Positions 24,514 through 35,838 of a stretch of 64,000 bases of DNA are shown piece after piece. This stretch comes from Lytechinus pictus (taxonomy: Eukaryota). The position numbers were made by a program, and so were the translations under genes. Numbering within the stretch: position 1 is the stretch's first letter; every line of letters begins with the position of its first letter. The stretch is taken from positions 10,046,001 through 10,110,000 of the forward strand of contig NC_087249.1 of the NCBI RefSeq assembly GCF_037042905.1. Direction: 5' to 3'. Below the pieces are notes generated by a model that did no database searches, had not been told where the DNA came from, and saw nothing but the letters and a program-made list of their open reading frames with translations.

Positions 24514-25014
24514 TTCCAATTATCGGTTGATTTAGGCAGAGCACCATCTGACTGGAAGAAGGCACATGTTACACCAGTCTTTAAGAAAGGTGATGTACAC
24601 TCAACTGGAAATTATCGACCAGTCTCCCTTACATCAGTGATCTGCAAACAGCTTGAGCATATCATTTGTAAGCACCTCTTCAAACATCTACAAGAAAACA
24701 ATATCTTGTCGTCTCTCAACCACGGGTTCAGGTCCGGTCATTCAACTGAAACTCAACTACTGACCACAGTACATGATCTCCTTCTCGCCCATGACAAGAA
24801 AGTACAGTCAGACGTCATCATACTAGACTTTGCTAAGGCGTTTGATACAGTGCCTCACTCGCTACTCCTACACAAACTAGCGAACTACGGGATCGATGGC
24901 TCGATACACAAGTGGCTTACATCCTTCCTAACACACAGGGAGATGACGGTTGTAGTTGATGGAGAGCATTCCGACCCAGAGGAAGTAACATCAGGTGTGC
25001 CGCAGGCGACAGTA

Positions 25015-27100
25015 GGGGAGACCGGGGTTAGTTGGAACATTTTTGACAAAAATGGCTGTAAAATCCAAAAAGATTTTATTCGAGAAACAATCAATATATC
25101 AGCTTGAAGCATATATCTCAGGGCTTCAAATGTATCCCATAAAATTTTTAACTCTATTATGGTTACTGAAAAAATCCACCTTGAACAAGACTATCGCAAA
25201 CGTTCCAACTTACCCCCATATCGGGGTAAGTTGGAACATGGTATGGGGTAAGTTGGAACATAGACAGCTGGCAGCCGTCTGTTTCGAGGAGTTTTTTAAC
25301 ATTTTATTTTTTTTTTATTTCTCCTCATACACAGACGGCTCGCTAGCGTGCAGCCACCATTAGGGGACTTGCAATGCAAAATCCCCCCGTCGGGGCTCTT
25401 CAATTTTTGTCTTTAATGAGTAAAAATTTTGAAAATTCACGCGACCAAAATGCAAATTAATATTCCCTCTTGGCATCAATTGCCAAAAAACTGAGAAAAA
25501 TCAAGTTAAAAGGAACAAAAACAGTGACTTACCTCGGGTGTCGCGCAAATTCACTTCCCCGTTTTATCCGATCTTAAGTACATAAACATATGGCCATTGA
25601 GTCCCCTGTACAGATCGCGCTAGAACTTCGGTCTCTGTATTTGGTGAGTGAAGCCAACGGAGTTCAGCTGAACAACCAACATAACAGAGACCGAAGCTTT
25701 TGGTCTAGTTGGAACACTGCATGGTCAATTAAGAATTATACTAAAACTACTTAAAACTGTAATATTGCATGGTTTTAGCCTATTTGCTTTATCTTATTCA
25801 AGTTCAAAATATTAAAGTGTGGATTCGTTGAACTTTATGTTTTCTATTATACAGCGACTCACGCAAGCAGACTGTGTAGTAGAATTCCGCATATTTGGGT
25901 GCGTTTGAGTTTACATGCAATTAAGTGTACTATCAGCAATTTCATGTACTTCTGCATCAAATTTATAAGACAAAAATTGATTGTTTTTATTTTTTTCATA
26001 ATTAATTATGCAAATGTTTTTGCCTTTAACTCTATTTATTAAGCTAGTAGAATTTTTGGTGAGAGTATCAATTTTCACATTTTTAACAAATATCCACCAA
26101 AAAATGCAAAAAATATAATTTCTTATGTATTTTTTGTTTTGTCGAACTTTGTTTTTTCCGATGGACTTTTTCAGGAGTCTTTTGCGATCATAAATAGCAC
26201 AAAATGAATCTATTTGAACCAGCAAAAGTAAAAAATAATCATACATTTATGACTTTTGGTTGAAAAACACAATTTGCATTGACCTTGTACATGGAATCAC
26301 CTTTTTGAACGATTTTGGGTCCGAACATGCACATACAATTTGTTGCGTAATTTTAAAACCACGCACACAGGCATCACAAATTTTGTCTCAAATGATGCGC
26401 AAGACTTGAAAGTAAAAAGTCAGCTAGCAGTGTAATAAAAAAATTCCTGCGACGGCGTAGTGACAAAATTTCTTGAGGGGGGCTCAAATTGACCCCCCCC
26501 CCCCTTTTGATAAGGGTTAACATTGCATTACATGTACGTGCCTACAATAGGCCTTAAATGCACACTCAGACCTAACTGATAAACAAAACAAGCATGGTAT
26601 ACAATACATGTTCAGAAGAGTGTGAAATACTTTGGTTTTTTTTTCTCATATCCAATATTTTCATTCATAATTATGTTTGGGGTGAGTTGGAACATGTTCC
26701 AACTAGCCCCTTCAATTTTGTTCCAACTAACCCCGGAGGCTCATTTGACATTTATAAGCTTACAGCACAAAAAGGGACTTCACCATGGCATATTAATAAC
26801 CTCATTTTGTAGCTTGGTATAAGTGTCTATTATACCCCTAAACTGGCCAACTTGATCTGTAAACTTCTCTGAGATAATCAAACATTTCTGAACGAGAAAA
26901 AATTTACTCAGAAGGTCAAAAAACAAAAATTTGTTTCTAACTTCACCAGGCTTGTTGCACATGTGTTGTCTGTAATATGGTGGATGGCCGTTGATAATGA
27001 CAATAACTTGAGGGCAGTATTGCAGAAATTTATTTAAAGACGTTAAAGAAAATTACAATGTTTCAACTTACCCCATGTTCCAACTAACCCCGGTCTCCCC
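25015..27100. mobile_element. Non-autonomous DNA transposon with TA TSD (Tc1/mariner-superfamily-like)
   Basis: Perfect 26-bp TIR GGGGAGACCGGGGTTAGTTGGAACAT. TA is duplicated at 25013-14 and 27101-02. Subterminal ggggtaagttggaaca repeats; no transposase ORF. Confidence 0.92.
25980..26520. mobile_element. piggyBac-like MITE fragment nested in the TA element (left boundary uncertain)
   Basis: Ends AGGG-TTAA at 26513-26520. Segment 26295-26405 is similar to 43040-43140 inside the TTAA-CCCT...AGGG-TTAA element. Confidence 0.5.
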
Positions 27101-28775
27101 TACTCAGACCCTTGTTATTTCTATGCCACATCAACGACCTCCCTGATGTTGTCCAGTCACAGGTTCGCTTATTCGCAGATGACTGTGTGCTGTATAGACA
27201 GATTACCGTAAGTCTCAACGAGACCATCATCAGCTGCAGCAGGACCTTACTGCATTAGAAAACTGGGCATCCACCTGGGGAATGAGGTTCAATGCTGGCA
27301 AGTGCCAAGTTATGAGCATAAATGCCAAAACCTCATACTTTTACACCATAAATGACTGTACACTTAAACATGTATCTCAACATCCATATCTTGGAGTAAC
27401 ACTAGCTGACAATCTGAAGTGGTCACCCCAGATCAACAAAGCTGTGAGGAAGGCAAACTCTGTCCTTGCTTTACTCAGAAGGAACCTAAGTTTCTGCCCA
27501 GAGAACTGCAAGCGCACAGCATACATTGCACTAGTCAGATCTATCCTGAAATATGGTGCATGTGTGTGGGATCCCTATCTTCAGAAGGATATTTAATGTC
27601 TGGAGAAAACACAGCGTAGAGCAGTACGGTTCATCTGTGGGGACTACAGCTCTCGAGAACCAGGTTCGATTACCAAGATGAGAGAGAATCTCAACCTGCC
27701 TACTCTCAAGACGCCAAGTCCTGAAACTTACATCCTACATCAAAGTGGTCGAGGGGTTGGTTCCTGCCCTTCCTGTTGATAAATTTCTTATCAAAGCAAG
27801 ACCTAATCGTAATATCAAAGCTAAGAAATTTGTAAACTTTGATGCTACTAATGTGGTAGAGAAACAAGTAACAAATAACTCCAAGTGTTTCTCAATAAGA
27901 CATTGTAACACAGAGCAGTAAAGAAATTCTTTTTTTGTGAATACAACGTTGGCCTGGAATCAACTTTCTAACAAAGTTTTCAGCAGTACATCACCAGAGG
28001 TGTTTAAAGCCAAGATCGAAGAAAGCCACCTACGTTTCGACTAAACTCATTTGCGCCCTCTCCTAACCCGGTGCATTATACCTGACGGTCCTGCACAGTA
28101 TTACATCCAGATCCAGAAGATAAGCAGATACTCACCGATGATCTTGTTGCCATATTTTCGTCTTTGTTTGTAGCCTAGTTACAAGACACGTATAAGAGAG
28201 GGCGACGATATCATGAGCAGTGCCAATTAAAAAAAAAAAAAACTTCAATCGGCCGATGAATATCGTGAATTGTAAAATACTTGCATTAGCCCATAAATAA
28301 TTATTGGCTCTTATACGCGTCTTGTAACTAGGCTACGAACAAAGACGGAAATATGGCGACAAGATCATCGGTGAGTATCTGCTCATCTTCTTATATGATT
28401 TTTCTTAATATTTGTATAATTATTAGTGTAAAATAAACGTTATAAGTGCCTAATGGGGGGAAATTAACTTCTTTTCCATTTACAAAATTGTGTGATAAGC
28501 AAGTTAAAAAAATCAAGTATTTTGGAGCAACATTGTTGTCTCCAAATATTCTCCTTCGTGTGGGCCTATGCTTTGCCGTGCCAGGCTTCATGGGAGTAAG
28601 CCTACGTATAGTAGATGACTTTTACTTCCCAGAAGCCTCCAGGCTAGATATGAGGGAGCCCAATGTAAAAGCAAAGTTTGTTGAAGGTTTCATGAATATG
28701 CGGCATTATCGTGATCCAAGTCCCTGGTGACTCAGATCCACTGACATTTTTTCACAATGTAAAACATGTCCTACC

Positions 28776-29435
28776 TAGCCTTGGCTTGAGGACTTCATGA
28801 TGATATTTTTTAATATTTTGACGTATACTTACTACATCACGAAGCCTTGAAACTCTTCCCATAGACGCATAAGCAAGACTTACACACCCGAATGGATTTC
28901 CCTAGGAAATCCATAGTTAGAGGGTGAAATCGGTTTGTACGGGTGAATTTTATTTATCTATGAACCTTCATACGCCTAATGCGTATAAAGGGATAAACAT
29001 TATTTCAATATAAATGGCAAAAATGAGAGGTTTCTTACCAGACCAATCTCGTGTAGATCCCTCGATCCGTTTGTCAACAAAGCAAATACAATAGGCCTGA
29101 CCCTTGAACTGCTTCGTTATGATGTACCTTCGATTAGCGATGTTACAAAATGCCATTTTGAAGAACAGTTTATAGATAAAAATTATTATTTAACAAATAC
29201 TAAAATTTAATACGGATTATAAATAATTATTAGTACCCCGTTATTATGAAAATTATTTATAATCACGTATTAAATTTTTAGTATTTGTTAAATAATAATT
29301 TTTATCTATAAATCGTTCTTCAAAACTGCGTTTTGTAACATCACTTATGCGTCTATGGGAAGAGTGTCAAGGCTTCGTGATGAAGAAGTATATGTCAAAA
29401 TATTAAAAAATATCATCACGAAGTCCTCAAGGCTA
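28776..29435. mobile_element. Foldback/palindromic DNA element with 9-bp TSD (Mutator-like by TSD length)
   Basis: Ends TAGCCTTG / CAAGGCTA, perfect TSD TGTCCTACC (28767-28775 / 29436-29444), and arms pairing inward to ~29229-29253. Confidence 0.9.
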
Positions 29436-29479
29436 TGTCCTACCTGTCTCTACCAACCTCGCAGTCGCAATACATGTAC

Positions 29480-30003
29480 GTGTTTCTGACAATTAAAATT
29501 AAGTTTTTTACTTTATTTCGTCTATTACGTTTTTTCTAAATATCAAAATAGCATCTAGGCCAATCCCTCTTCAGTCTCCATTGCTTTTATTTCGTCGATT
29601 CCTAATTTACTAAATAAATCAAAATTGCATCTACTTCTTTTTCAGTCTCTATTTATTGCTTTATTTTGTCAACTAGTACTTTTAATAGTAAATAAATCAG
29701 GATTGTCTCTTTCGTGTTTATCTGACAATTAAAATTTTGCTTTATTTTGTCTATTTCGTTTTTACTATTAAAATAAATCATCTAGCACTGTCCCTCTTTA
29801 ATCTCCATTTTCGTCGATTCCTAATTTACTAAATAAATCAGAATTGCATCTACTTCTTTTCAGTCCTTATTTTGTCGTCTACTATACTTTTTATGCTAAA
29901 TAAATCTCTTTTCATGTTTCTCACAATTATGCTTTATTTTGTCTGTCACCTTTTTACTAAATAAGTCAAATTGCATAACAGTCTCCAACGCTTTATTTCG
30001 TCA
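29480..30003. repeat. Degenerate minisatellite, ~60-80 bp unit
   Basis: Recurrent ctttattt(c/t)gtc ... tactaaataaatca.aattgcatct, about 8 times. Confidence 0.7.
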
Positions 30004-30019
30004 GGTAAAAAGAACATTA

Positions 30020-30470
30020 ATTTCTGTATAATTACTCCTCATGATTCAAGTCCCCCTCGCTCCGAATTAATCCGCTGATATTCATGTACCCCTCATTTCC
30101 CTCCTCTTCAAAATCACTGTGCCACTTTTAGAAAGATTTTCAATAATATGAATTATTAAATCAATAGAATCGCATTGAAATGCTATTCTTCGTGATCCAA
30201 GTCCCCCCTGTAAAATAAAACGGCAATTAATCCGTTGATATTCATCTACCCCTCATTTCCCTCCTCTTCAAAACCACTCTGCCACTTTTAGACAGTTTCC
30301 TAGAGATGATAAATGAATATTTTCGATAACATGAATTATAAAAAATCAATAGAATTGTATTAAAAACATAATACTGTCTAATTACTCCTTGTGATTCAAG
30401 TCCTGCCATAAAACGGCAATTAACCTGTTGATATTCATCTACCCCTCATTTCCCTCCTCTTCAAAACCAC
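30020..30470. repeat. Three imperfect tandem copies, 160-190 bp
   Basis: gatattcat.tacccctcatttccctcctcttcaaaa.cact at ~30077, 30237 and 30430. Confidence 0.8.
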
Positions 30471-30474
30471 TTAG

Positions 30475-31060
30475 AATAAAAGAAGGATGAAAGAAAGAAT
30501 AAAGGAAAGAAAAAGTTTGCGTTGACTATTGAAATGAATAAAAAAAGAAAGGAAGGGAAGATGAATGAATGTGTAAAAGAAAAAAGGGGAGAAAGGAAAA
30601 AAGAAAGTGAGAAAAAAGGAGGAAGGAAAGAAAAATGTTTCATTCTTTGAAAGAAAAATAAAGAACAAAAAAAAAAGGAAGGAAGGGAAAGAAAGAAAGA
30701 ATAAGGGAAATGAATTAGAAGGAAAAAAGGAGAAAAATGAAAGAAAGGATGAAAGAGAGGGAGGAAAGAATGAAGGAGGAGGGAATGAAAAAAGAAAGAA
30801 AATAATGGAAGGAGAGATAGAACGAAAAGAAAAAGGAGCGGAAGGGAGAAGGAAGCAAAAAAAGTTTAAGAAAAGAAAGAATGAAGGAATTAAAAAAGGA
30901 AATTTAAAAAAGAAGGAAAGTAAGAGAAAGAAGGAAAGATGAACAGAGAGAAAGGATCAGGAAAGAAAGCTATAGGAAAGATAGATGGAGCAAAAAAGGC
31001 AGGCGGGAAGGATAGAAAGATGATGAAAGAAGGATAGGAAAAAGAAAGAGGAAAAATTCA
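30475..31060. repeat. Polypurine (GA-rich) low-complexity tract
   Basis: About 590 bp almost entirely A/G on the + strand. Confidence 0.9.
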
Positions 31061-32101
31061 AACTTCAAGTAAACAAAAAAAATCCATTCATCTAACAAAA
31101 ATCTTAAGGATATTTCGGTTTTTTAAATATATTTCAACAACTGTTAGAAAACTAAAATGTTTTAGAAATGAATAAAATTTCAAAGCGAAAAAACATTGTC
31201 AAACTTAAAAATTAGATGAAACATCACAGCAACACACGCAGGCATCTCTCATCCCATTACAAGATCAACTCTCAAAACGAAAGCTGAAACAACTAGATCA
31301 AGTTATGAAAACTCAATAACTGGCTCCTTCGATTACATAACCAAATCAGTTATCTGAGAATCCATAATATAATTATAATAATTTCCCGCCGATTTTGTGA
31401 TTATTTTGGTGGGAAAACTGTTAATCATGTGAGGTTTATCATGGAGGTTTATCGTGAATTATCTAACATATTAAGAGATTTAGGAAGGAAAAGTTGGATA
31501 CATACCAAAATATGGCTTTATTCCGTCAAAATATCAAGTGTGTGTAATTCCCAATGACATTGGTTTATTTCGTCAGAAAAAGAAATACCCAATACTCTTG
31601 GAGACTATACTAGTCATAATATTGGCTGATAACCATTATGAAACCCATGGCTTTCAACAATTCCTGCTAGCTCAGTGAGTAAGGCGACTGACTGGAGATG
31701 TCTTGTTCTGAAGCAAGAGGTTCGACTCCAAGTTCCAACCGGAAGTGAGAAAAAAAAGGAAAAGAGAATGAAAGTAGGGGATTTTGGAGAAGTATTTTCA
31801 AAACTTGAATAGGGACATAAGGAAATCATTCCTAAAAAAACAGAGATCAATGGTCAATGGTATCAGGGAGCAATAAGCGGAAGGGATGACCAAAGGGGAT
31901 GGGGGCACTCGAAAAAGAGTAGGCACCACCCCTTCAGAACTCCCGTCTGATCAAAGATCCCTGCGCCACGGCATAACTTACAAGAATACGACCACCCATG
32001 CGCAAAGATGATAAAAGAGCAATAAGCAGATAAAAATTAAATTGAATTAAGAATAAGCCAGTGAAGCAAAAGGAATAAAGCAATATAACTGACGTACACT
32101 C

Positions 32102-32585
32102 TTAAATCAGTAAAATAATGAGAAATTTATAAGCAATTGAATATGGCGATCACTAATGCTATGGAGCTCTCGGCAGTGCGACAAAGATGTGTGATGTCAC
32201 AGGTGACCAACTTTCCGTTTGATGGACTATAAAATACCCCCAAAATGTCTATTTTGCTCTATCTTATGTGATCTCTTCATCCTAATGTATTCTTTGAAAA
32301 TCTGTATTGCATGCCCTCCTATAGAAAGAATACATGATCTACTGATGGATGTCATAAAAGGGCAGTTTAAGTGAAATATAAATTATTAAACTGGAAAGTT
32401 GTTCACATGTGGCATCACACATCTTTGTCGCAGTGCCAATTGGAGGATCTACATTACAATAATTTCCAATGCTCACAAATTTCGTATTATTTAATCAATC
32501 TTTCTCAAACGTTTGTTGTCCTGTTTCTTTGATTTTCCTGTTTTCGTACAAGTTATCTTGTTCCAAAGGTTTCATTTTCCTTTAA
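32102..32585. mobile_element. TTAA-flanked (Kolobok-like) MITE lacking its left terminus
   Basis: Homologous (inverted) to 52426-53025; right end ttccaaaggtttcattttcct-ttaa. Confidence 0.75.
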
Positions 32586-32752
32586 GGTCGGAGATTGCTG
32601 GTATCAGTAGAAATAACTGGAGACACTTTCTATGGGTCACAAAGTCATCAATTCTGTGTATATTGATTTGTGTAAAGCAGGTGAGATTATTAAGAGTCAT
32701 TCCACTTCAGAACAAAGAACTAAGTTTTCTCTTAAATTTATGTTCACTACAG

Positions 32753-32930
32753 ATGGTATATAGAGCACTATTCACAAGAACACAGACCTAGAAAAGAGGT
32801 TCCATCTGGCAGAAGTGGCCCAGCCGGAAGCGCAAAATATGGAGATAGATCAAGAAAAAGCTGCCGTCATGCTGGAGGATGAACTCAAGAAATTCAGGTC
32901 AGATGTCCAGAACATGCCCAGAAACCATTG
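32753..32930 (+). pseudogene. Exon-like segment of an unidentified gene, copy 1 (no stop-free frame)
   Basis: ctacag acceptor and gtaagtt donor; paralogous to 34942-35130. Best frame reads GI*STIHKNTDLEKRFHLAEVAQPEAQNMEIDQEKAAVMLEDELKKFRSDVQNMPRNH. Confidence 0.55.
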
Positions 32931-33740
32931 GTAAGTTGTGCAGTATTTATCATTATTATTTAGATGCATAGGGTTTTAGAGGCGCAGATATTTTTTGACG
33001 TCTGACGAGGTTGTTTCAAAGAGACAAAATGTTAAAACTGATTTTTAATGTGTATGCCTATGAAAACCATCCAATATTTTCCATATTGGATGAAATGAAT
33101 ATTTTGCCCTGCCCATAAGATTATCATTGGTTAATAAATGATTGTGCGCATGAAGCTATTGTTACGTCACAATGAAATTGCATTGTGTATTAGTTGCGCT
33201 TTTCATAATTATGCAGATGACGCGACAGTACAGCTAATTTATGTGCTAATAATAAATGATTATGCCCATGAAGCTATTACGTCACAATGAAATATCCTCG
33301 TGATTTACAGGATTGACATAAAATGATGAATGAAAACATTTTTTTGGCTTTATTAATTTATGTTTAAATTTGTGGGGGTATCTAAAATATATTGGATGAC
33401 CAATTTTCCTGGGATGCATTGAAATATTGTTACTCGCTGAAGAACAATATTTGTATGCATCCCACTCAAGGCCATCCAATATTTCCTAATTGTCTTCACA
33501 GTGTGTCCCAGAAGAACGAAACTTAAAATTATATAGGATATTTTAACATAAATTAATAACATAAAATCTTCCACTTGTTGTAACTTTGGCAATAAGCCAT
33601 TCATGTATGAGTTAGTAAAAATGAAAATCTAAAAATGGGATGCCCCAAAATCATTTCAACTTCAAAAAAAAAAAAATGCCTCAAAAGGTTTGATATGATA
33701 CTTCAATCAAAGAAAAGGATCGAGGGATAATAAAGTTCTG

Positions 33741-34550
33741 GGGTGGTATTCTGAGATCCATTTTATCTCAGATAAAATTAAATATTTTTTTATCTCTATT
33801 AAAATCAATGAGATAAATTACCCTTAAAATCTCAGTATTCTGAGAACCATTTTATCTCTGTAAGACACACCTATTTTTGAAGCAATATCCAATGAGAAAC
33901 ATTGTTTTATAGCAGTCTCATCTCATTCAACCAATAAAAATCCATTCCGCCGGGAGGTGTGGCAAAGGTGCAAGATTGCGGCAATTTATTGAATTCAATA
34001 TGCTTGCACTATACGCTAACGCGTCTCTCCAGAAATTTCTTTTAGAAAAATGACAATACTCTCATCCTTTTTGCGATGACAATATCACATCATTACAAGA
34101 ATCATTTCAAAGACAATATTAGCAAGAAAAATCTTATGAAATAATTTCTCATTATAGGGGAATAATGTTAAGGTATTTCTCTCAACGATTATATAATTTT
34201 TCTTTATTTTTGTTCAAGCATTTAGAGCTAATTCGCTTAGAAACAAAGCTGAAACGGACATCACAGAGATAAAAGAGCCCCCACCCTATTTTAAGTAACT
34301 TTTATCTTTTCTTCAAAGTAACATGGGCGCAAGCACATATATATGTGTATCAATTGCTTGATATGCAATTGATGTATCTATGTAGGCTCTGCTCTGTGGG
34401 GTATAATCTTTAGATACACAAGATAAAAAGCTACGCTAGATAAAATTTGATATTTTATCTAAGAGATAAAATGTCATCTCAGAATACCAATTTCATTTTA
34501 AGAGATAAAATAAAATATTTTAAAGATAAAATGACCTCAGAATACCGCCT
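33741..34550. mobile_element. MITE with subterminal repeats (Harbinger-like)
   Basis: TIR ggtggtattctgagatccattttatct / agataaaatgacctcagaataccgcc, with inner repeats of gtattctgag / ctcagaatac. Confidence 0.75.
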
Positions 34551-34941
34551 TACCTTTTGTCTAGTGGATCCGTCATACATGAACTGTCTGGTTCCAGTAG
34601 GGCAATGGATTAAAATAATGCTGAATTTCAGTGATTTTAGCAGATGAAGATGTTTGCATGGTAGTTGTCTGACTTTGCAACGCTCTGTTTTGTGGATGAT
34701 CAGCACAGCATAAATTCTTTGTTAGTTATGGTTGGCAGTCCATTTGTTTAATGAATCAAAGATGAGCATTGTTTAAGGAAATAGGACTTGTTTTCCTAAA
34801 CAATTTTCTATAAAATGGAAAACAGAAAATGCTTGGTATTTCAATATCACAGTCATTAATCCTGCACATGAGACTTACAGAGCCATTTCACTTCAGAATT
34901 GAGAATTGAATTTTATTGTATTTTGATATTTGTCTTTACAG

Positions 34942-35130
34942 AGGGCATATAGTGCTATTCACTAGAACAAGTCCCTGGAATCAAGGGTTCATCTGGCAGA
35001 AGTGGCCTAACGGGAAGCAGGGAATATGTAGCAAGATTAGGGAAAATTTGTTGCCATGCTGGAGGATGAACTCAACAAACTTGGGTCAATGGTCCAGAAA
35101 ATGCGCTGCAATATGCCACCAGAACCAGTG
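34942..35130 (+). pseudogene. Exon-like segment of an unidentified gene, copy 2
   Basis: ttacag acceptor and gtaagtt donor. Shares catctggcagaagtggcc and catgctggaggatgaactcaa with copy 1. Confidence 0.55.
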
Positions 35131-35447
35131 GTAAGTTAGGCAGGTTTACAATTATTGTCTACAGAGTGCATCCCCAGAAAATAATGAACCCAGAATTATC
35201 GATGCTTTAGCCTATCCTTCGTAATCAGTATAACAGGGATATCAGGGAAAATTCACTTTTTCCAGTCAGGAAAAATCAGGGAATTAGATTTTTGAAAATA
35301 CATCAGTTCAGGGAAAAATACCTCAAATGAGGGAAAAATCAGGGAATTTTGATCGGCCCAAAAGTCGGAAGCATGGTGGTCATTAAGACTCTTGTTTTAT
35401 TTTGTTGCATATCAAAACAAAACCCATTGAATGACTGGTTATGGTGG

Positions 35448-35838
35448 TTTTTGTCTCGCCCACCAGAGGTGAAGGCGATACTTGGAGATCCAAATGTCGT
35501 CCGTCCGTCACAAGCCTTATGACACATAACTTTACAACCGTATGTCACTTTTCAACCAAACTTGGATGGTAGATGGACTTGGGGGACCTGCATGTTATGC
35601 TGCAGTCGGAGGTCACATGGTAAGGTCAAAGGTCATTTTCAGGTCAACGTTAAAGTTTACATGCAAGACTCTTATGACACCTAACTCCGCAACCGTAAGT
35701 AACTTTTCAACCAAACTTGGATGGTAGATGGACTTGGGGGACCTGCATGTTATGCTGCAGTCGGAGGTCACATGGTAAGGTCAAAGGTCATTTTCAGGTC
35801 AACATTAAAGTTTACATGCAAGACTCTTATGACGCCTA
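35448..35838 (+). mobile_element. HINE/DINE-1-like element, second family, 3'-truncated, two 155-bp repeats
   Basis: ttttgtctcgcc start, (CGTC)n microsatellite, and near-identical units with tcaaccaaac at 35552 and 35707. Confidence 0.8.

Larger units (their letters stand above)
21258..28044 (+). pseudogene. LINE polyprotein ORF: leader, 2A-like motif, PHD, APE, RT; broken by stops, frameshifts and two insertions
   Basis: ORF fragments 21393, 21565, 21674, 22229, 22510, 24637 and 27282 are colinear. The reading rejoins across both insertions (LAPGLRD|FQLS and GVPQATV|LRPLLF). Final stop TAA at 28042-28044. Confidence 0.9.
20978..28116 (+). mobile_element. Full-length but decayed non-LTR retrotransposon (CR1/L2 group)
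   Basis: PHD finger, APE motifs (NLRVLTVNCCSI, DIICGTESW, GDFN, ILDLIFTN, SDH) and RT motifs (NYRPVSL, HGFR, LDFAKAFD, GVPQ, FADD at 27172-27183). 3' GTGCA/TGCAC stem and (ATCCAG)2 tail. AGAAG is duplicated at 20973-20977 / 28115-28119. Confidence 0.95.
20718..28646. mobile_element. Foldback/palindromic DNA element with ~340 bp arms; left arm split by a LINE
   Basis: 20718-20977 plus 28120-28198 is the inverted copy of 28308-28646. Ends are TAACCTGGAGG / CCTCCAGGCTA. Flanks gatatgaa / gatatgag form a 7/8 TSD. Confidence 0.9.

Noticed and set aside
25015..27100. Autonomous transposase
   Set aside because: No DDE/DDD-like ORF; only short AT-rich frames.
20691..28730. Near-identical ORF pairs 20773-20973(+) / 28391-28591(-) and their antisense ORFs
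   Set aside because: They are the two arms of the foldback element, not genes.
30461..30942. Lys/Glu-rich and Phe/Ser-rich ORFs
   Set aside because: Translation of the GA low-complexity tract.
31664..31742. tRNA gene (tagctcagtgagtaagg...ggttcgactcc)
   Set aside because: A and B boxes are present but there is no acceptor stem or cloverleaf; probably a SINE head remnant.
20548..32585. One Kolobok-like MITE split by an 11.4-kb insertion (left end at 20548, complementary remainder at 32102)
   Set aside because: The pieces do meet near the same consensus position, but 32102 has its own TTAA and the family is abundant, so two independent truncated copies are simpler.
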